DNA of 59,573 nucleotides, taken from IMG/VR virus record IMGVR_UViG_3300026125_000003, positions 1 through 59,573 of that record. One strand, given 5' to 3'. This DNA comes from a virus (taxonomy: Duplodnaviria; Caudoviricetes). Below are positions 53,784 to 59,573 of the stretch, in pieces; within the stretch, counting starts at the first letter, position 1, and every line of letters begins with the position of its first letter. The translations under genes and the position numbers were made by a program. Below the pieces are notes generated by a model. That model did not search any database, had not been told where the DNA came from, and saw nothing but the letters and a program-made list of their open reading frames with translations.

Positions 53784-55472
53784 ATGTCTATCAAAAAGAT
53801 TAAGGCAGCATTAGAGGTTCTAAATCCATTTGGTAATACGAGCGCTTCCGTAGACGTTTCATCATCTATAAAAAGCTCGTCAGAATATAATGACCCTATT
53901 CTTTTATCTGACATTGAAAATGAAAATGTAATAAGTTCATTATTGGTTGAAGGCGGCTTTCGTAAAATTCTGCCGTCCAGTTCTAATGTTGTTATTGACC
54001 TCAGCAACCTTAACTTCTTAAAAGAAATTACAAGCGCTTCATCCGCTGAAGACAGTATAATATTTGGGCAAGGGAAGGATGTTTCGTCGGAGATTGTTTC
54101 TGACAGTTTAACTACATTATACCTCGTTAGACCGGATTTGGCAAGCGATTCAAGTCCAGAAGACGTCAATACACTTTTATTCTCTAAGGAAATCGATAGT
54201 TCTGCGGTATCTTTAGATGTTGAAACCTTCGAGCTCTTTAAACCTGAATTTGATGAAGTTGAATCGTCAGACCTAAACACGCTCAGAATAACTGCGCCAA
54301 AATTTGATACCGCAAATACTGATGACTCTAATATATTTTCAGTCAGTGCCCCAAAATTTGATGATATAACCCCAGATTCTTTGGCGCAACTTGCGTACGG
54401 AAAACCTCTATTCGACGAGACTGATGGAACGCTTTCTGTTGCTTTATTGAAACCTATATTGTCTAAGCAATCTTCGACGTCGCCTTCTGATTCGCATATA
54501 TTTGACTTAACCAAGGTTTTCTTTAGTGACGTTAATGCTTTAGATTTGATAGGCGTTACTGATGGATTACAATATCAATTCAACGATACACAGAATTCTT
54601 CTAACACGAGCGCCTCAGACGAGTTTGTTAGGATATTCAATGCTGTAAGGGATTTCCCTGAGACGATAAACCCTTCTGATATAAATGTATTAGAAGTTCA
54701 AAAGTCAATAAACGATCCAGTTGTCGCTGATTCAACGCAAATATTTAATTTTAATAGACCGATAGCAGAAACTACTACGACTGCTAGTTTAGCTGAAATT
54801 GAATATCAGAAGCCTGTGGCCAGTTCTACTGCTGGGGCTGAATCGACTCATGCGTTGGACTTTAGGTCAACGGAATCTTCTTCTGTTGTAAATACTGACG
54901 ATAATATTATGTTGTTGTCAAAAGATATATCTTCCTCTGTAACGGTTGAAGACCTTTTGGCGTTTGGTGTCAAATTTGATTTAAGCCCAGCAAGCGCATC
55001 CGACGATAGTAATCTGTCTTTATCTAAAGAAGTTTCATCAGAACTTTCGGCAATATCTTCGTTAATCTTTAGTTTAGATACTAATCTAGATTCTTCTTCT
55101 ACGGCTTCTTCCCTTAATTCTATGGAATTGAGGAAACCTATCTCTTCTTCGAGTTCAGCTTCTTCTGCTATAGATTCAATGGGCATAGGCAAAGTAGAAT
55201 CTTCTATAGCTGTTAGCTCAGACTCTGACATATTTGAACTTACGAAGATATTTTCATCGGAACCTTCTGTAGAATCTTTCCCAGAGAAAGAGTTCGTGAC
55301 TAGTTACCAGTCTCAAACTGGAAATTCTAGCGATAACGCTACATTAAATGTTGGCTTGGTGCCAGTATCTGTCCAAACAACTTCGGACACAACTAGTGGC
55401 ATATATCAAGGGTATTCCGAAGATATGTCATACTGGGCTGAAGTTTACACTGGCGGAACATTTACAGTATAA
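53784..55472 (+). CDS. Ser/Asp-rich repeat structural protein
   Basis: 562-aa ORF with degenerate short repeats ending in K/KP, in a late operon. Confidence 0.65.
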   Translation: MSIKKIKAALEVLNPFGNTSASVDVSSSIKSSSEYNDPILLSDIENENVISSLLVEGGFRKILPSSSNVVIDLSNLNFLKEITSASSAEDSIIFGQGKDVSSEIVSDSLTTLYLVRPDLASDSSPEDVNTLLFSKEIDSSAVSLDVETFELFKPEFDEVESSDLNTLRITAPKFDTANTDDSNIFSVSAPKFDDITPDSLAQLAYGKPLFDETDGTLSVALLKPILSKQSSTSPSDSHIFDLTKVFFSDVNALDLIGVTDGLQYQFNDTQNSSNTSASDEFVRIFNAVRDFPETINPSDINVLEVQKSINDPVVADSTQIFNFNRPIAETTTTASLAEIEYQKPVASSTAGAESTHALDFRSTESSSVVNTDDNIMLLSKDISSSVTVEDLLAFGVKFDLSPASASDDSNLSLSKEVSSELSAISSLIFSLDTNLDSSSTASSLNSMELRKPISSSSSASSAIDSMGIGKVESSIAVSSDSDIFELTKIFSSEPSVESFPEKEFVTSYQSQTGNSSDNATLNVGLVPVSVQTTSDTTSGIYQGYSEDMSYWAEVYTGGTFTV

Positions 55473-55475
55473 ATA
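55468..55475 (+). promoter_or_regulatory. late promoter TATAAATA
   Basis: Exact consensus overlapping the upstream stop codon. Confidence 0.7.
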
Positions 55476-55535
55476 GTATTATGTTGACAACAACATGCGC
55501 ATGTTTTAAACAAATTTTTAATGGAGAAACCCATA

Positions 55536-56021
55536 ATGATTAACGATTTTCTAAAAGCTACTGGCGAACTTGACGTCAAGCTTATCGGACCAGACGGCAA
55601 CTTGAAGGAAGAAATTCATATTCCTAACACAGTTGTAACTGTTGGTAAAGAGTGGATTGCCGCTCGTATGAAAGACACTGGTATCACTACTCAGATGACT
55701 CATATGGCAGTTGGTACTAACGGTGGTTCTGTAGGCGATGTAGCTCAAACTGACCTACTTGCTGAAGTAGCTAGTTCACGTACAGCACTAGCAACTGCTG
55801 GCGGTACTGTTACTAATAACCAAGTTGTATACGAATGTACTTTCGCTCCAGGCGTTGGTGATGGCGTGCTTCAGGAAGCTGGTATTTTCAATGCTGCTAC
55901 CCCTGCTACGACTGTAGATTCAGTTGTTGGTGGTATCATGCTTTGTCGTACAACTTTCGGTTCAGTAACAAAAGGCTCAGGCGATACTCTAGTTATCACT
56001 TGGACTGTTACAATCAACTAA
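55536..56021 (+). CDS. virion structural protein (paralog of 40376..40870)
   Basis: NTVV.VGKEWIAARM, HMAVGT, EAGIFN, MLCRTTF..V.KG.GDTL.ITWTV. Confidence 0.75.
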   Translation: MINDFLKATGELDVKLIGPDGNLKEEIHIPNTVVTVGKEWIAARMKDTGITTQMTHMAVGTNGGSVGDVAQTDLLAEVASSRTALATAGGTVTNNQVVYECTFAPGVGDGVLQEAGIFNAATPATTVDSVVGGIMLCRTTFGSVTKGSGDTLVITWTVTIN

Positions 56022-56039
56022 TAGTATAGGGGCTTCCTA

Positions 56040-56264
56040 ATGGCAATCAAAACACGCGAAACAGACGCGACTGGGGTTACCAATAAGGGGGCTCCTCTTA
56101 CTAACGCTGAGGTCGATCAGAACTTCATCGATCTTCAGCAACTTAAATTAGATTTAACTGGGGGAACCCTTTCCGGAAATCTGGAAGCCCCGAGTTTTAC
56201 AGTCAATTCAGTGAATGTTGCAACAATAGACGATGCAACAGCTATGGCTATAGCATTAGGGTAA
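56040..56264 (+). CDS. small fibre-associated protein
   Basis: KGAPLTNAEVDQNF, GGTLSG.L, C-terminal ATAMAIALG. Confidence 0.7.
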   Translation: MAIKTRETDATGVTNKGAPLTNAEVDQNFIDLQQLKLDLTGGTLSGNLEAPSFTVNSVNVATIDDATAMAIALG

Positions 56265-56268
56265 TAAG

Positions 56269-56568
56269 ATGGCAAATACATTTACAAGGTACACAGGTTC
56301 AGGAATTACTACTGCGACAACTGTGTTGACTGCTACAACTACAACTACAGTCATAGGTCTTTCGATTGCTAACACAGGCGCTTCGGATGCTTCGGTTGAC
56401 GTACAATTGAATGGAACTTATTTGATAAAAGGTGCTGATGTTCCAGTTGGTTCTGCTGTGGTGGTGATCGGTGGTGACCAAAAGTTGGTTATGATCGACA
56501 CGGATACAATAGTTGTTACTTCTACCATATCAGTTGATGCTGTTATCAGCGTGTTGGAGATAACATAA
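56269..56568 (+). CDS. small structural protein
   Basis: MANTF, VIGLSIAN, YLIK...P.GS, GDQK.V, SVLEIT. Confidence 0.7.
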   Translation: MANTFTRYTGSGITTATTVLTATTTTTVIGLSIANTGASDASVDVQLNGTYLIKGADVPVGSAVVVIGGDQKLVMIDTDTIVVTSTISVDAVISVLEIT

Positions 56569-56569
56569 T

Positions 56570-58030
56570 ATGAGTTACATAGGCGTAGATAAGACCAAAG
56601 CCTTACAAGAAGGTAATTGGACGGTTGACCTCGGAGCTACCGATAATGCCGTCTTAGATTCAATCGCAACCAATACTGCGAATACAGCAACTGCGGTACA
56701 ATTAATCGACAACGCTATTTCTGGAAACGAAATGCAGGTGGACGTTGTCGGTTCGCTTCCAGCTGGTAATAATAACATTGGTAATGTTGACTTAGCTTCT
56801 GCTATTCCGGCTGGTTCTAACACAATAGGTTCGGTTAATCAAGCCGGAACTTGGACCACGACGGTAACTCAGGCGACAGCCTCAAACTTGAATGCTACTG
56901 TTACAGGTACAGTTGAACTAGGGGCAACGTCTCTTGAAGCTCTCGAGAATATCTCTGTAACAATTCCTGGCACGGTTGATATTGGCACAGTTTCCCTTGA
57001 AGCTCTTGAGACAATTACTGTTCAACAATCAACAGCTTCCAACTTCCTCAATAAACCTTATGGATCAGTTACAACAGCTGCGCCAGCATACACTAACGGT
57101 ACAGACAACGCCTTGAGCTTAACAACTCAGGGTTCGCTACGAACTGCAGTATCTGAGTCCCTCCCCTCTGGTAACAATAACATTGGTAATGTTGACCTAG
57201 CTTCTTCTATCCCAGCTGGCTCTAATGTTATAGGCGGTGTTACTCAATCTGGGTCATGGACTGTTACCGCTAACTTATCAGCAACTGATAATGCTGTACT
57301 GGACGATATCCTGGCGGATACCGCTTTGATGGTTCCAGACATTGATGCTATTAGAGTTGCGGTTGAAACAATCGATAATGCTATCTCCGGTAATGAGATG
57401 CAGGTCGACGTTGTAGCTTCTCTACCAGCTGGGGACAATAATATCGGTAATGTTGATATTGCCTCAGCACTTCCTACTGGTTCAAATGTTATTGGTGCTG
57501 TTACTCAATCTGGTACGTGGAATGTCAATATTTCAGACAATTCTGGTTCAATAACCGTTGACGGTACAGTCACAGCAAATCTATCAGCAACAGATAATGC
57601 TGTACTGGACGAGATCCTGGCGGATACCGCTTTGATGGTTCCAGACATTGATGCTATCAGAGTTTCTACTGCGGCTATTGATACATCACTGAATAACATC
57701 GAGGCTTGGGCTAAGGATTCTGGTACTACCGGAACAACTACGCTGCGGACGGTTGAAGCGGGTGCCGATACTTCTAGCGTGACGTCAGTTGCCTCTTCTG
57801 CTACAGTCGTAACCTTAAAGGCAGCTAATACATTGAGGAGAGGTTGTACTGTTTACAATAACAGCACACAGATTCTTTATGTCAAACTTGGTTCTTCGGC
57901 TTCAGCTTCCTCATTTACAGTTAAAATGCAACCTGATGATTATTATGAAGTCCCAGCAAAATACAACGGTATTATTACAGGAATATGGGCTGCTGCTAAC
58001 GGGGCTGCGCTAGTAACGGAGATCACCTAA
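56570..58030 (+). CDS. repeat-rich fibre-like structural protein
   Basis: Repeats LP.G.NNIGNVD.AS, LSATDNAVLD, NAISGNEMQVDVV. Confidence 0.7.
   Translation: MSYIGVDKTKALQEGNWTVDLGATDNAVLDSIATNTANTATAVQLIDNAISGNEMQVDVVGSLPAGNNNIGNVDLASAIPAGSNTIGSVNQAGTWTTTVTQATASNLNATVTGTVELGATSLEALENISVTIPGTVDIGTVSLEALETITVQQSTASNFLNKPYGSVTTAAPAYTNGTDNALSLTTQGSLRTAVSESLPSGNNNIGNVDLASSIPAGSNVIGGVTQSGSWTVTANLSATDNAVLDDILADTALMVPDIDAIRVAVETIDNAISGNEMQVDVVASLPAGDNNIGNVDIASALPTGSNVIGAVTQSGTWNVNISDNSGSITVDGTVTANLSATDNAVLDEILADTALMVPDIDAIRVSTAAIDTSLNNIEAWAKDSGTTGTTTLRTVEAGADTSSVTSVASSATVVTLKAANTLRRGCTVYNNSTQILYVKLGSSASASSFTVKMQPDDYYEVPAKYNGIITGIWAAANGAALVTEIT
57278..57664 (+). repeat. 81-bp near-identical direct repeat (57278-57358 and 57584-57664)
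   Basis: Three mismatches in 81 nt; offset 306 nt, in frame. Confidence 0.85.
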
Positions 58031-59573
58031 TGCCATTATACAGAAAGTCGTTCAATACAAGTAATGATGGATCTGGGTCAGGTTTAGACGCAGATAAACT
58101 AGACGGCTCAGAACTCTCGGCGATTACACATTCAGGGGATTCAGTAGCTCTTACTGGTGACGTCACAGGTTCTACTACTGTTGCTGCAGATGGTTCGATC
58201 AGTATTACTACAACTGTTGCTGATAACAGTCATGACCACACTCGCCTAATAGCAGTAGACGACCGAGACATGAAGCCTAATACTTCATTAATCTCCGGCA
58301 ACGTAAAAGGTGTGAAAGCGTTCTTCTCTAGCTTGGGTGGGATGACTAGCACTGCAAACACTGATTATCAAGACGTCTTAGTTTTAGATACTTATTCAGA
58401 CGCTAGTGGTGGTAATCCTAACGCAATTACCTTTGATAAATCTGAGATTGCTGTTCGTCTATGGCAAGGCGCATTTGATGGAACCACATGGGGGACTAGC
58501 CAGCGAGTATTTGCAGATAACTATCACCCCAATGCTGACAAATGGACTACTGCTAGAACTCATACAGTAACCCTGACAGGCGATGTAACTGGTACTGCTG
58601 GTGTATCAGTAGATGGTAGTGGTGATTGGACTAACACGATTACTACTACGGTTGCTGATAACAGTCACAACCACAATTCATCTTCTGGCGACTTTACTGT
58701 TAATGGTAAACTATTTGTTGATCAGATAAACTGTCGTACAGATCAAGATTTGACCATTACAACAGGCGAAGCCGATTCGGTTATGTCGGAAACTTCATTT
58801 AACGATGAAATTATTCGTCTTGCTGGTGAAAATGGCGTAAAAGTTTATGCATCTTCTGATAACTTAACTAGCGGTCTGAATAGAGAAACAACTCTTATTG
58901 ATCCCTCAGGTAATATGATTGTTGGAGGTGACCTAACAGTATCTGGCGGTAACATCTCCATCACTAACAACAATGGCGGTATTGATTTCAACGATGCAAA
59001 TAGTTATTGGCTAAGAACTGCCACTAACTGGGGTGTATATTGGGATACTACTAATAACACATTTGAGCTTCATGGAGCTGGTACTGATCGTTGGAACTGT
59101 GACCTTGACAATGGTAATACTGTACAAGCTGGTGATGCGTATATAAATGGTGGTAACGTATTTACTGGTACTAGTCAGCAACGCGTGAAACTATCTGTGT
59201 GGAATTCTACCACATATGGTATTGGTATGGGTGCGGGTTATACCTTTGGTGGTATCAATAATGAATATGTAATGTCATTCCAGATGAGTGATACTGCGGC
59301 TCGTGGTTTCTGGTGGGGCGACAGTGGACATAGTAATGCACAAGGTGCAATGGCACTAACTACTACTGGACTATTAACACTAGCTAATGGAGCTCGTATC
59401 GGGTTTGGAGAATCTGATACGACAACTCCTACCGCAGGTGTTGTAGAAATTAACGGTCTCTTAACAGCTACTACTAAGTCATTCACCATTGATCACCCAA
59501 CTAAAGAAGGTCACAAACTACGTTACGGATCTCTTGAGGGTCCAGAGAATGGTGTATACGTTCGTGGTCGTCT
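58030..59573 (+). CDS. tail fibre protein, 3'-truncated by the window edge; not in ORF track
   Basis: TAATG-coupled start MPLYRKSFNTSNDGSGSGLDADKLDG, LTGDVTG and DNSHxH repeats, ending ..KSFTIDHPTKEGHKLRYGSLEGPENGVYVRGR. Confidence 0.8.
   Translation, partial: MPLYRKSFNTSNDGSGSGLDADKLDGSELSAITHSGDSVALTGDVTGSTTVAADGSISITTTVADNSHDHTRLIAVDDRDMKPNTSLISGNVKGVKAFFSSLGGMTSTANTDYQDVLVLDTYSDASGGNPNAITFDKSEIAVRLWQGAFDGTTWGTSQRVFADNYHPNADKWTTARTHTVTLTGDVTGTAGVSVDGSGDWTNTITTTVADNSHNHNSSSGDFTVNGKLFVDQINCRTDQDLTITTGEADSVMSETSFNDEIIRLAGENGVKVYASSDNLTSGLNRETTLIDPSGNMIVGGDLTVSGGNISITNNNGGIDFNDANSYWLRTATNWGVYWDTTNNTFELHGAGTDRWNCDLDNGNTVQAGDAYINGGNVFTGTSQQRVKLSVWNSTTYGIGMGAGYTFGGINNEYVMSFQMSDTAARGFWWGDSGHSNAQGAMALTTTGLLTLANGARIGFGESDTTTPTAGVVEINGLLTATTKSFTIDHPTKEGHKLRYGSLEGPENGVYVRGR

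Noticed and set aside
57278-57664. Diversity-generating retroelement TR/VR pair
   Set aside because: Both copies are in frame within one repeat protein, the differences are third-codon-position changes, and no reverse transcriptase is in the window

Overview
This window is a gene-dense segment of a large lytic T4-like (gp33/gp59/gp32-type, cyanophage/marine-myovirus-like) phage genome. The sigma70-type promoters and the LapA-like gene point to a proteobacterial host (inference). The left ~23.8 kb carries replication and accessory genes: RNase H, a DenV-like glycosylase, PhoH, a PD-(D/E)XK exonuclease, a ClpP-like protease, topoisomerase II gp39/gp52, gp33, gp59, gp32, a GH108 endolysin, a SleB-like hydrolase and 2OG-Fe(II) oxygenases. 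These are driven by nine TTTAC(T/G)-N17-TA(T/C)AAT early promoters and several TATAAATA late promoters. The right ~36 kb is the tail/baseplate module: a tape-measure-like gene, gp51, gp26, a gp54-like gene, gp2, gp4, gp48, gp53, hub, gp5, PAAR, gp25, gp6, gp7, gp8, a VrlC-like gene and tail fibres, the last of which is cut off by the window edge. Five observations stand out. (1) A candidate c-di-GMP/biofilm-manipulation locus after gp52: a mini LapA-like retention-module protein with a TAAG (LapG-type) site, overlapped by an unannotated 49-aa YTGPERR/DRR-repeat peptide, followed by a STAS protein. (2) An ADP-ribosylglycohydrolase/ADP-ribosyltransferase eraser-writer pair apparently on different temporal promoters. 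(3) A ~1 kb structured non-coding RNA locus with repeated stem-closed modules. (4) A probable -1 frameshift fusing gp26 to gp51. (5) An antisense early promoter inside the late region. All assignments come from motif recognition by eye; no database searches were run.
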